A DNA stretch of 58,625 nucleotides, the filler included, from Sphacelaria rigidula (lineage: Eukaryota): assembly GCA_964200075.2 (NCBI GenBank). It is 10 parts of 10 records of this genome, joined end to end, with 100 filler letters (N's around TTAATTAATTAA, not from the genome) between each part and the next. Parts side by side here need not be neighbours in the genome. Positions count along the whole stretch, not along the records: positions 1 to 5,773 come from CAXNAA020024578.1; positions 5,874 to 11,646 come from CAXNAA020024579.1; 8 more parts are not named here. One strand, written 5' to 3'. Position 1 is the stretch's first letter. The number at the start of each line of letters is the position of its first letter. The translations under genes and the position numbers were made by a program. Positions 1 through 10,719 of this stretch are shown piece after piece. The notes below the pieces were generated by a model. That model had not been told where the DNA came from. It ran no database searches and saw only the letters and a program-made list of their open reading frames with translations.

Positions 1-274
1 ATTCGACGGAACACGTGAAAGGAGTGGGGACGCTGTGGGGGGGGGGGGGGGGGGTGGGGGGGGTCAATCAGGCTGAAGTCAGGGGTCACCCCCATGGTTG
101 GGCAATTTCGCTGGCAGTCCTTTGTTTTTGGCCTCCTCCTTATCAGCACGGCAACGCTTGCCGCGTTCCCAGTGGGGGCCCTCAACATATTTCAGTCGCG
201 TTATTAGCATCACAACCCTTTGTCGCGGGTCTTCTTTTTCAAGCCTTTCTCCAGTGCCGTCTATGCTCATATAC

Positions 275-3104
275 CTGGTGCTTGGTCTCTTCTCTGAGTC
301 TTCTCTGCAGTAGCTGCAACTCAGACAATTTTTGCGCGTGTTCGGTTCTCCAGGCTTCTTCACGGGTGTTCAAGCTCCGTTCCCTCGCCTCCACCTCCGA
401 CAATGCCTTGCGTAGCTTCCCCTCCAACTGTAAAACAAAAAACGAAACAACACAACAATACGACGCGATTGCACCGAAAATCATGTTTGGACATTTACTT
501 CACTTTTTCAGCTCGCTCGCCGGCGCCTCAAAATTTAAAGCAGCAAAAACCAATTCAGCACGATTCTGCTGATCAGTATCTGTGATATCGTAAAACACGG
601 TGGATACCGCCCGGTAATAAGTTTGAAGGGGGTGGAGGGCGAAAAATCAATCACCCGCGGATCGTATTCGCGGAGGTGACACAGTATGTCATCGGCCTGC
701 TTCCAACCCTGCCAGTTTCTCGGAACAAGTCCGTCGTCTCAAGTAATGAACCCATCTCTCCCCCGCTATGTTCGAGTATTAATCCAAGATGAGATCAAGG
801 CCTCGTCGGGTTTGTTTGCTCCTGACATACTCACGACTTCAACGGCGGAAACCATGCTCTATCGGTGTTGCTCCACAACATCTGGACTGTATCTGTCGGT
901 ATTCGAACTCGCAACTTTTCCCGGCGTAACTGGCTATTGATTTACCATTTTGATCCAGAGCACCAGGACGCGATAGCAAACGTAACTCAACAACGAGCTG
1001 TAGACACTGTCAGAGTGCCAAAAACCCGGAAATTTATTATCCGGGAGTGCTGTTCACGGGGTGGTAAACAACGTACGGGTGATACCCAACGTGCACCCTA
1101 GCCTTAGCCCTCACCCTATGCTAAGGTACTAGCCGGATCGAACTAAAATTTGGTACCCTCAATATGACATGATGGCTGTTGTTATTGTCACTTCGGTGCT
1201 TTTTGATCTTGCCTTCGCATATTCCTGCTGAGCTTGGGCCACATCCTTCCTGCGAGCAGTCTCTCTTGCAGTCCATTTTTCCTCCAATGCTTGGTCCTGA
1301 GCAAACAAGGCAATTTCATGTCACAGGAGGAAACCGAAATTCGGTACATTAGCGCAGCCATTTGAATTGAAGATATAGGCTCAATGCAAACGTCTGCGCT
1401 TGTACTTTAGCAACAGCCTCAGCCGATGTTGTGGCTGAGAATCCCGCGTGAAGTTTTGTCGTATTTCGTAGGTTTACGTCGTCCGGCAACGTTAGGGCGC
1501 GCGTAACTTGATCCACTCATCAAATTTGACGACAGCCCATGAGCTGCGGGGGGGGCGTACTCATTTGTTGCTTGCCTTAGTCATTTGACCATTGACCACG
1601 CATCCCTTTCGAGACGGAGCACCGTGCTCATGGGGGGTGCTACCAGTCATCATTTACTGCTCCGTGCTGACGTGCAAGGTAAGGCAGGCACAGATCCAGG
1701 GGAGAAGAAGATGGGTCGATCCTGTCTCTTAGGAGCACGGTCTCATCCCCAAACGGGTGACAAGTCACACCGACAGTTTCATCAACAGATGGCACCAAAT
1801 TCAAAATTTACGTTGAAAGTACAGTTCGGAAAGGAAAAAACATATTTCAGAAACTCCCCCGAAATAACTATATATTCGCCCATGCACCGAACGGAACATG
1901 ATTTGCGAGCACTTGGCCACCAACTGCACTCGTGCTGACCTTCTCTCGAAGACGATTGGCGAACGCAGTCTCTTCTCTGACCCGCCAGTGCTCCCACTCG
2001 GCCCACACCCTCGACACATCGGCGCGCCCCTGCACCGCCTCATCCACAACTCCCTTCAACGAAGGCGGCATGGCATGTAACGCATGTACCCCCGAACCGT
2101 CAAAGGTGGCGCTAGGAAGGACCGTTGGGACACCCTGGCGATAAATCGGATATGGGGGAGTGACACACAAAATGAAGAAAAAAAAAAACATGGAACAACG
2201 GTGCATGTTCCAAGTAGATGTCGATTAGGGGTTCCGGAGAAGGTACCCCCAAAACGACCAACAAAGCGTTTCCCAGCGGTACTCTTTATTGACCGAGTTC
2301 AAACGAACAATGCACCATTTTTTTCATCAGTGCCCTATGCTGCCACCAACTATGGATCGCAACTCCGAAGACCGTGTGCCATGTACCGCGGCAGAGATTC
2401 ATATTCGCTGGGGATCTGAATTTTAGGCAAAAGCGACAAGTGATCTCCTCAGCTACAGCATACAGGTATCAGTTTATCAATGAACTTCATGGGAATCGGA
2501 TCTCGAAAGCACCATCAAAGGCTAACTTGCGTCTGATCGCTGATAATAGGACGTAAATAATGTCCATATGCCCATGATCTAATTATTCAAGCAGCACGGG
2601 TATCTTCCTGCAAGTGGAAGGACTGCCTTGCTGCCTTGTTGCTTGGCTCATAAAATCGGTACGGGAATGTTGGGCATATCTTAACTTCAAAGTTAAACAT
2701 GTTTCTGGACAGTAATCTAACCGCTGTCGGTAGTAGAGAGCTTCAGCCATGAGCAGTGAAAATTCCATTGTCTGCAATTGAGATTGGACTTGGGGCAAGG
2801 TTAGTACTACTAACACTGTTGGTTTTGATTGATTCTTTCGTCCAAAAGCAGTCCAGCTGAGCCAGTCCAAGCAGGTCAACGCAACCACCTCGCTCATTTT
2901 TGAGTCCTGTCAACGATTGCTCCTGCAGTAAACATCTAAGAGTCTTCGTGGCCACAGGGCTAACGTAATGGGGGCAATCACGGACTACGACTGCAGGGCC
3001 ATACTGCGGCTAGGTTCAGCCAGCACCTGTTGATGGAGGCCTTGTCCCTGTGTTGCTCCACGCGCGACCGTCGGCGGTGTTGGTGATTCGTCAACCGCCA
3101 CGTC
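275..3104 (-). CDS. CEP120: CEP120-like centriolar protein, partial multi-exon gene (coiled-coil region)
   Basis: Phase-0 exons 2134-1940 (GVPT...WAEWEHWRVREETAFANRLREK), 1296-1213 (DQALEEKWTARETARRKDVAQAQQEYAK) and 427-275 (LEGKLRKALSEVEARE...LQRRLREETKHQ), with AG acceptors and GT/GC donors. Joined peptide resembles the CEP120 C-terminal coiled coil as I recall it (ELEMWKE..E..F...L..K / QALAEEW..RD.ER....EY..LEGKLQK.L...E.RE). Exon 3104-3027 is tentative. Confidence 0.75.
690..960 (-). mobile_element. Degenerate tRNA-headed SINE (family S1)
   Basis: Minus-strand B-box-like GAGTTCGAATACC near 898-910. Body (AAGTCCGT..CCCATCTCTCCCC) matches copies at 27333-27660 and 31655-31790. Confidence 0.5.
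1548..1626 (-). mobile_element. 5'-truncated LINE 3' end, family A, oligo(C) tail
   Basis: G8 + CGTACTCATTTGTTGCTTGCCTTAGTC...GAGACGGAGCACCG is the reverse complement of 6080-6158. A second G-run lies on the other flank. Confidence 0.8.
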
Positions 3105-3243
3105 CTACCGAAGGCCATGACCGAGCCGAATGATCACAAGTTGCACAAACAAGCGGCAGCGCGCCACGAGCCGTAAAGAAATAGGCCCGAGAGCGAAACA
3201 AGGAGCAACAACCAAACAGAAAAAGGGTGCACAGAGGGGAAGC

Positions 3244-3556
3244 GGGTGGGGGTGTACTCATCATGTTGTCTGCCCTGGTCATGAGACCATCGACAAAGCA
3301 TCTCTACCAAGCCGGAACGGAGCACGCAGGATTTTTCGCCATAACAGCCTCGAAACCAATCACCAAGCGCGAAGCACCGTTATGTTCGTGGCGAGTTGCA
3401 TGACGGACGAGCTACATCCTGCTGAGATTGCTTGTCTCGAAGCGTACTGGATATCTTTCATGTAGATGACAGTCTCGAACTAGTTGCTTCATTTTCTGGT
3501 ATCGCCACTTTCAAAGACAACCACGGCATATACACTGCCTCATAGGTACGACCATC
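3244..3556 (-). mobile_element. Retroelement 3' end, family B (~300 bp), oligo(C) tail
   Basis: G-rich run + GTACTCATCATG...; colinear with 6624-6924 and the reverse complement of 31030-31225 (shared TTTTCTGGTATCGCCACTTTCAAAGAC..CCACGG). Confidence 0.75.
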
Positions 3557-4235
3557 CCCCTTACGCGGAGTTGAGGTTCTCCACCCCGCAACTTATGATC
3601 TAACTTGACCACCATCACGGTTACTGCAAAAAACGCAAGCGCGAAAAACCCCGGTGAAATGGTCGCCTAGCTTATGCAGTGAGTGGCGTGTTTTACAGAG
3701 TCATCGTCAACCAACGCCAACCCTGAAAGGGAGAGCGAAGGGGTGCTTTGCTCTATAAGATACGTTATATGAAGAAACAGAGTAGAGGCAATTTGCCCAG
3801 TATCTAATTTCGAACACAACGTTTTGGAGTAAAGGATGGTGGTGCATGATGGTGCACAGTGGTGCTGCTGTAAACGCGCCGAGATAAACAAAACTTTGAA
3901 TGTCAGGGAACATGACCCTACCAACACCTATTATAGTCGAGAAGACAAGGGTTGATGAAACGCATACTGAGTGTGAAACCGGTGTTGGGGACAAAAAAAC
4001 AGGACCGCACGGGCGTGTGCTAGAAAAATATGCTGCCCGGAATACGCAGGTTCCCCGTCATATGACACATCCTGTGCTGCATGCTGCATGGCACCAGTTT
4101 CGTGTCCATCGTACCCTAGCTTCTTAGGTTACACAGTGTAAAACCCCCGGGTAACGACTGTTGGAGCCCCGGCAACTAACAACTAAGTGTCCGTAGGCGA
4201 TAATTAGGTGGATGGGTGGTGTACAACGTACAACA

Positions 4236-4296
4236 GGGGTCCCAGCATAGCGCGGTGGGCTGCTAGCCCGGAATGACCGCACTATGCTGGGACCCC
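4236..4296. repeat. Hairpin / short inverted repeat
   Basis: GGGGTCCCAGCATAGCGCGGT ... ACCGCACTATGCTGGGACCCC. Degenerate GTGGGACCCC echoes follow at ~4393 and ~4433. Confidence 0.7.
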
Positions 4297-5699
4297 GCAT
4301 TATACTGGCAAACTGAAGCTACTTGGTACTATAAGTCGTACAAGTAATGTAGTGGACGATAATTATATCAAGTTTGTTCGATCACACTTTAGTGGGACCC
4401 CGCATTTTGCACTGTGACACTGTAGCACTGTGGTGGGATCCTCACCATTTCTTGACACAGTATTATAGATACGTACACACCGACATGGTGCCAAAAATCG
4501 TCGACAGTCTATCATCAGAGTCTGTTTATACAGAAATATCAGTGGTACACGAACAGTATCTGTGTCATGTGCTGTGTTATCTGGGGCGCGTAGGGGCGCA
4601 AGACGTTCCATCGCCGTAGATGAAACTACACTATGAGGCTACGCGACGAACTGCAATGTCGTGGCATTCTGTTTATATACTGTCCGCGAGGTACCAGAGA
4701 GAAGCGTTCGCCGCCTCAGGACGTCCTTCCACCAAGAAGGGTGAAGCTTCACACCATGTGTTTACCTCAGGATCCGTTCATCTGTTGGCTGCGGGTCTGA
4801 ACAAAAGGGCTGCTGGTAACATTTTGGAAAACGAATGCGGCGTCACTGTTGTGGGACTTTGATCGTCGCACATTTACTAAACCGGAAGGAACCAAATTCG
4901 TATCATAAGGGCCATTTTATGTAATACATTGGGGTTCCCACTTCACACAAGTAAAAGTTTGAGCGCCAAAACGGCATCGCACGGGTGCACCTCGATCGAG
5001 TAGAGCCTCCTACGCCACTTGGCCAACTAAGCCGGCAGGCAACACGTCTAAGAGTCCACGTGTTGACTTGGGAAATGCGTGGCCAAGCAGGCCTCCTATT
5101 CGGCTGTGTAGGAATACATGGCAATATATAATGGTAACACTTCGCGTCATCTGTGGTTTCGCTGTACTTTCAAGAGGAACTTGGTGCAACCATTCGCCCC
5201 ACCCCTCAACACAAAAATCACCAATGAAACACACGTACTTTCGTATTCGCACAATCCTGTATTTTTTGTTCTTCCTTTCAACCTTGATATTACACTCAAG
5301 CTTCACATCATAATATCAATCAATCAGGATCTGCGAATTATTTCGATCATCACCGGCTTACCCGTTCATCGGCTTCCCCCGTGGGCCCCATATCTTCGAG
5401 CAAGAGCATGACCCGCATGGAGCACAGCCGAGTCGTTCCTGCGCCGAACAAAGAGTTGGACCGCCAAAACCGTGCGTATGCGTGTTGCGTTGTTGGTGTT
5501 GGTGGGGTTAGGGGGGTAGAGGGGTTAGAGGATGCGGAGGCCCCGAACCAACGATAAGAATGAAATGGCTGTTACATATGTTACACTTGTCTGTGTGTGC
5601 CTTGACTTTGCACTGTATCTTGAACTCGCTCCCCGGTCCTGGGATGAGCCTGTAATCTAGAGAGACTAATCGCTATTTCGCACCCTACTTGCACTTGAC

Positions 5700-5773
5700 T
5701 TCGTGTAATGTATGGAAGAAGCGTAATGAGCGCCGGAATGTTGGAGGTGAGTCTATTAGGAGTAGGAACGGTG
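5700..5773 (+). mobile_element. LINE family A 3' region cut by contig end
   Basis: TCGTGTAATGTATGGAAGAAGCGTAATGAGCGCCGGAATGTTGG...GGAGTAGGAACGGTG is near-identical to 6008-6083. Confidence 0.75.
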
Positions 5774-5873
5774 NNNNNNNNNNNNNNNNNNNNNNNNNNN
5801 NNNNNNNNNNNNNNNNNTTAATTAATTAANNNNNNNNNNNNNNNNNNNNNNNNNNNNNNNNNNNNNNNNNNNN
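5774..5873. other. Artificial contig spacer 44N-TTAATTAATTAA-44N (first of nine)
   Basis: Identical spacers at 11647-11746, 17520-17619, 23393-23492, 29266-29365, 35138-35237, 41010-41109, 46882-46981 and 52754-52853. TTAATTAATTAA gives stops in all six frames. Confidence 0.99.
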
Positions 5874-5959
5874 ATTAACCGGGCTACGGCTCGAACCGGG
5901 TGCGCGCCCAATGGTTAGAGCCCCGAGGCAAGCAACACATGAGAACGCGCCCCCCCCCC

Positions 5960-6158
5960 TGGCCACAGGCGGCTAAACAGGACGGGGATAAGATATGTAA
6001 AAGGTTCTCGTGTAATGTATGGAAGAAACGTAATGAGCGCCGGAATGTTGAAGGTAGCTCTATTGTTAGGAGTAGGAACGATGCTTCGTCTCGAAAGGGA
6101 TGTGTGGTCAATTGTCAAACGACTAAGGCAAGCAACAAATGAGTACGCCCCCCCCCCC
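5960..6158 (+). mobile_element. LINE family A 3' end encoding an ORF C-terminus, then GTACG + C-run
   Basis: Reads WPQAAKQDGDKICKRFSCNVWKKRNERRNVEG...SRKGCVVNCQTTKASNK-TGA (stop ends 6142), then GTACG and C11. It begins right after the C-run tail of a shorter copy (5925-5959). Confidence 0.8.
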
Positions 6159-6471
6159 TCCCAAAGTGGTTGGTTTTGGGCGGCAAAATCTACACGTAAA
6201 TTGAAATGAAAGAAGCCGAGCACGACGAGCAGCTGGGAATCCCCACGCTTGGGTTCGTATTCCCCAATGTTGTCCATAAGAGTCGCTTCATGCAACCTGA
6301 AAACAAACATCAGGCGCTGTACGATTACGTTCTTTGTAACAGTTCTGGGCTGGCTTTCTTTTTGGGGGGGGACGGGGACGGCGTACTCATTTGTTGCTTG
6401 CCTTAGTTGTTTGACCGTTGACTAACCACGCATCCCTTTCGAGCGGGGGGGGGTATCGTAGAAAGACTCGT
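6148..6471. mobile_element. MITE family M1 copy with LINE-A tails inserted in its terminal C/G runs
   Basis: Body matches the reverse complement of 8913-9165 and 41518-41766. Right TIR TATCGTAGAAAGACTCG at ~6453-6470. LINE-A fragment at 6381-6443 sits between G-runs. Confidence 0.7.
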
Positions 6472-6623
6472 GAATTATTGTTCCTCCCCCATACCGAGTG
6501 TTTGATTGGAAGCTTGTGCCCCAACAGTACAGTCTCCGGATAGCGAATTCGTAACCTATTTCCACAGTCTTGTCCCTGGTGTTACATATTACCCGAAGCC
6601 CCGGTGTGGGTCTCTCGGGGGGG

Positions 6624-6924
6624 AGCACGCATGGCCTCGCATGCCGTAGTCGGAAGACTGTTGACTCGTCCCGACAGCGCCGGGACGGAACACGCCGGGT
6701 TTCCGCCGGATCAGGCTCGCAATCAATCACCAAGTGCGAATCGCCGTTATGTGTTCGGCAAGTCGCACGAAAGGTGTGATGCATCCTGTGAATATTGCTC
6801 GGCCCGAAGCGTACTAAATAGCTTGTATATGGATGCAAGCCTCCAACGAGTTGCTTCATTTTCTGGTATCGCCACTTTCAAAGACAGCCACGGGTTCCAC
6901 CCTACTTCATGGGTGTCTCACCAT
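6624..6924 (-). mobile_element. Family B retroelement with 13-bp TSD
   Basis: Flanked by GTCTCTCGGGGGG (6610-6622) and GTCTGTCGGGGGG (6925-6937). Body colinear with 3244-3556. Confidence 0.8.
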
Positions 6925-7621
6925 GTCTGTCGGGGGGTTCTCGGGATCGGTACCAGTTCTCAGCCTATCGTCTCTTGCTCTTTCATTTCCATCAGATTTG
7001 AGGTGCTCATTTTACCCCCCTTCTTTTTGGTGACATCCCTCGTATTTGCGAGTTTCCTTCAGAGAGTGTTCCGGTTTCTTTGGCTGGTGCGTCCATAATA
7101 CGACCACAGCGATTGGTGGCACATCCGTTGACGTATACTGCTCAACTAATCTATCCGTTGGTGGTCGTAGCTATTCCAATCGCATTGACGCCAAATTTGC
7201 AACACGACCTGGACACGTATATACTTTTATGACGCGGGCAGCTCGTTCCGTAAAATAAATACATGGCATCGTCTCTGTCCTGTTGTCGGCACGCACACGC
7301 ACTTCGCCGTTACTCTGCTGCGATACGTGCCGAGGCAGTCGCTCAGGGTCACGCAAGACGGCATTCTTCTTGTCCTCCGATAGGACGGGTCTATCTGGGG
7401 CATGAGGCCCGTAACAAGCAATGGATGATATGGCTGATCATGTACAGCGACGCGAAAGTCCGAACCAGCGACGATAATCTTTTACATCAACTCACTGCGA
7501 GCCTAAACCTCACTTGTAGCCGATGAAAAAACACAAGATTTCAAGAGGCCGTCATTGTTGTCGCCGAGATGTTCTCTCCTTAGTGCGTACATCCCCCCCT
7601 TGTCCTGTACCGGGTGCACAG

Positions 7622-10484
7622 CAACATTCGCAAGGCTATCATACAACTCATGACAGCGTCCACCACCATGCGACAACAAGGACAACAGCCACCGATATCT
7701 GGATATGATAGCACAAGGTCGGATGTGCCGAAAAGGTTGGCAACAGCGATGTCGATTGAGGGTGTGGTGGAGCCAAATCAAGAAGCGAGGAAGGACACCG
7801 ATGCGTCCACGTGCATGTTTTGGTGTGCGGCTGCTACTGGAGCGCTTCTTCGGGGCCGACCTGCCGACTCCGTGGTACGTTATTTATACATCCGCCCCCG
7901 TAAGGTCAAACCGTCACATAAACACTGGTTCGGAAGGATGTAATCCGATCTACTCCCAAGAACGTTTTCGTGAGATTGAGAGTAGAGCACGGATTGAGAG
8001 TGGCTTGGATCATTTGCTTTGATGTAGCCAATTTTTCATTCCGTGTGTGCTTTTCTTCGTCTCTATCATTGCTGTGTGCTTACAGCTACACGTCAATATC
8101 CCACTCGGGGATATCAAGGACCTCAATGACAAGCTACTACAAAAAGAATCTCAGGCCTGACGGAAGTGCATTTCGTAACCGAAACGATTCATTCACTCAC
8201 TGACCGCTTTCACTCTCAATCATATCCCCTACTCTCAATTTCACGAAAACATTGTCTTCCACAGAAAAGTGGTTTGTTTCCGGATAGCCTCATCCGAAAC
8301 TCTACATGATCGGGAGCGGTATGCCCGGGATTCGGTATGCCCAGGATTGATTGAGTCTGTGCGTGTATGGAGTCATCAGGATGTTCTGGATCTAAATAGC
8401 TGACACGTCTCAAGTCGTGGAAATGTAACCTGTTTGGAGTATGACTATTCGTTCTATAGGCCTCACGCCGGGCGACCGATGGTGTCATGCGGATCGTACG
8501 CGGAAAAATACACTGGCGCTACGTTAACCTCCTATGATTATCGAATATACGCTTATCGAATGCGGAACAGGTTCGACGATATGTCCGGCTGGCGGAGGGG
8601 GCATGCGGGGGAAATGTTGCTGGCCGCGTATCGGTGGAGATTTCCAGGTAACGGAGTCCACGTCAACACCGTGAGACATGGCACCCATCCCAAATAGCCG
8701 CACATCAGCTATAAACTCTCATTCTAGAAGACGTTCACTTTTCGTCTCGCGCCCGTGACTGAAATAGCATGGCCGTTTCAAGCATTACTTTGGCTGCTTC
8801 ATCGGTACAACATCCCTCTCTTGTGTCTCTTCTCGCACTCCCGCGCGTATCCATCTCCGTGCCAGGGCATCGGCTATTTTGGCGTACCTTCACGACCTTC
8901 TTGGAGATCATGTGAGTCTTTCTACGATAGCCCCCCGCCAAAACCAGCCGAAACCTAGCACGAAGAAAGTGGTCATAAAGCGCCTGATGTTTAGTTTCAG
9001 CCCGGGTGGAGCGCCTCAAATGGGTGACATTGGCGAAAACGAACCCAAGTGTAAGAATTCCCAGCCGCTCGTTGTGCTCGGCTTTTTTTCATTTCGATTT
9101 ATGCGTAGAGTTTTCCTCCCCAAACGAGCCACTGATTTGAGCGGGGGCCATAGTAGAATCACTCACGTGAGATGTATCATCGTGGCTTTTTCCAGCGTAA
9201 AGATCGCAAATCAAGATGATACGTCGCGGTCAATCCTGTGACACCAACGATGGATCTGTGGACATCAGTTGGAGTTGACTCAAATGCATCGAATGTGCCA
9301 CTAGGGTTTTACCACGGTTGAACGTTTTATCTCGATCGCAAAAGTCACGCGCAGCATGGAGGTAGTATGTCATCCACGGAGTGAAATCATTTCATATCGT
9401 TTCAGGTCTTTGTTCCGTTGTCTTGTTTTTGTACGACCGCAATTTAAACGGGGCGTTTTACCATTGAAGCTCATTCCAACGTTTCTCCAGTGAGCAGTCG
9501 TTACTCGTCCTTTTTTTTCAACGATAGAAACGAGCTACCATCTCGTACTTGTCGTGTGCCGTTCCATCTGAAATGAAACTCGCGAACCCCTGCTGTCCGT
9601 GCTTCACACCTTGCTGAATACGGCAGAAAAGCTCCGCTAGGTACATAGGAATCTCGCACGCGTTTCTCTGTGGCTGCTTTCAAGAAACATCAAGCGACCC
9701 ACTACCGATGGTAAGCTCTCCTCGTGTAGGATACGGATAAGGGCAGTGTTCTGCTGGGTAGCGCACATCACTCCCAGCGAAACGGAGTGGGTGCGTGTCC
9801 AAAACTGCTCATGACTAGATTGAGTCGACATGTATGTTTGTTTGCGGGATGTTCATCACGCTTCCGAACGGCACTGCTAACTGCTGTGTGACGGTTTGAT
9901 TCGGTATGCGATGCTCCGAGGAGGTTCAAAGACGCAACCAGCAGGCCATCTGCTGCAGAGCTGAATCTCACGCACGCAATCAAGCCAACGAATGTGCTTC
10001 AGTCATCCCTGCTCATATTTTCATCGTTTGATGCTGTATACAAGCGTCTTACCTAACGTTGGCCCTTCGGATCCCTTGGACTTCTCAGGGCTTCGTGGAC
10101 ATGTTGGGAAGTCTAGGCGGGTCGAGCCTCCTGCACAGCCGTTACGCCGACGCTGCTGATTTGGAGGCATATGGTGTCGGGGAGGATTCTGCCCTGCATG
10201 TGAGTCCAAGCTCCATCCTCGAACACAAGTGTAAGTCGTTTGAACTCATTGCTTTATGGGAATCAAGCGGCACAAGCGGCCCTCCTCTACCCACCCGTTA
10301 GTTTACGTTGTTCATACAACGGGGAGCCACTGCTTTGACTCAATGGATGGAACATTGAGCGTGTTGGGCATGATATTATGTCGGGTAACGCTGCCATATT
10401 TTCACGTTCTTGCCTAGTCGTGTCTACTCTGAATCCGTCCACTCGCTGTAGAGAGATGAATTGGTTGCGGAGAGATGGTGTCTG
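7622..10484 (+). CDS. Multi-exon gene of an algal FWCA-motif family (possible Zn2Cys6-TF-associated domain), partial
   Basis: Phase-compatible exons 7622-7874 (..STCMFWCAAATGALLRGRPADSV), 8571-8647 (VRRYVRLAEG..EIS), 8866-8911 (ASAILAYLHDLLGDH), 9627-9710 (KSSARYIGISHAFL..DPLPM), 10089-10199 (GFVDML..) and tentative 10452-10484, all AG/GT bounded. The motif order recalls a brown-algal expanded family; the family name is from memory. Confidence 0.6.
7961..8254. mobile_element. MITE family M2 (~45-bp TIRs)
   Basis: GTTTTCGTGAGATTGAGAGTAG...GATTGAGAGTG pairs with CACTCTCAATC...CTACTCTCAATTTCACGAAAAC. Same end at ~23330-23385. Confidence 0.75.
8913..9165. mobile_element. MITE family M1 inserted at a splice donor
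   Basis: TIRs TGAGTCTTTCTACGATAGCCCCC / GGGGGCCATAGTAGAATCACTCA. Internal sequence shared with 6148-6471, 11812-12052 and 41518-41766. Confidence 0.8.
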
Positions 10485-10719
10485 GTGAGTAGTGCCGGCT
10501 CGAGCCAACACCACAACCGCCCGGTTTCCGTTGCACCATGAGCTGTCTCCGCGCGCATTGTGTCTACACGTGCTACCCTGACACAGCGCGCAAAGATCTA
10601 CCTTGGCGCAAGCGAGAAAAAATTGTTTAGCACATGCGAAAAACAGCTGCATGCATTTCCCGCGCCAGCCATCGAGTAAAATTGTGTAGAGGTTCCTCGA
10701 AGCTGAGGTATCAGTTGAT

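Noticed and set aside
5818..5829. TTAATTAATTAA as a biological motif, and ORFs ending ..XXXLIN
   Set aside because: Assembly linker.
5700..6085. Direct repeat across the first gap suggesting contig overlap
   Set aside because: Both are diverged, independent copies of the LINE-A 3' end with different upstream flanks.
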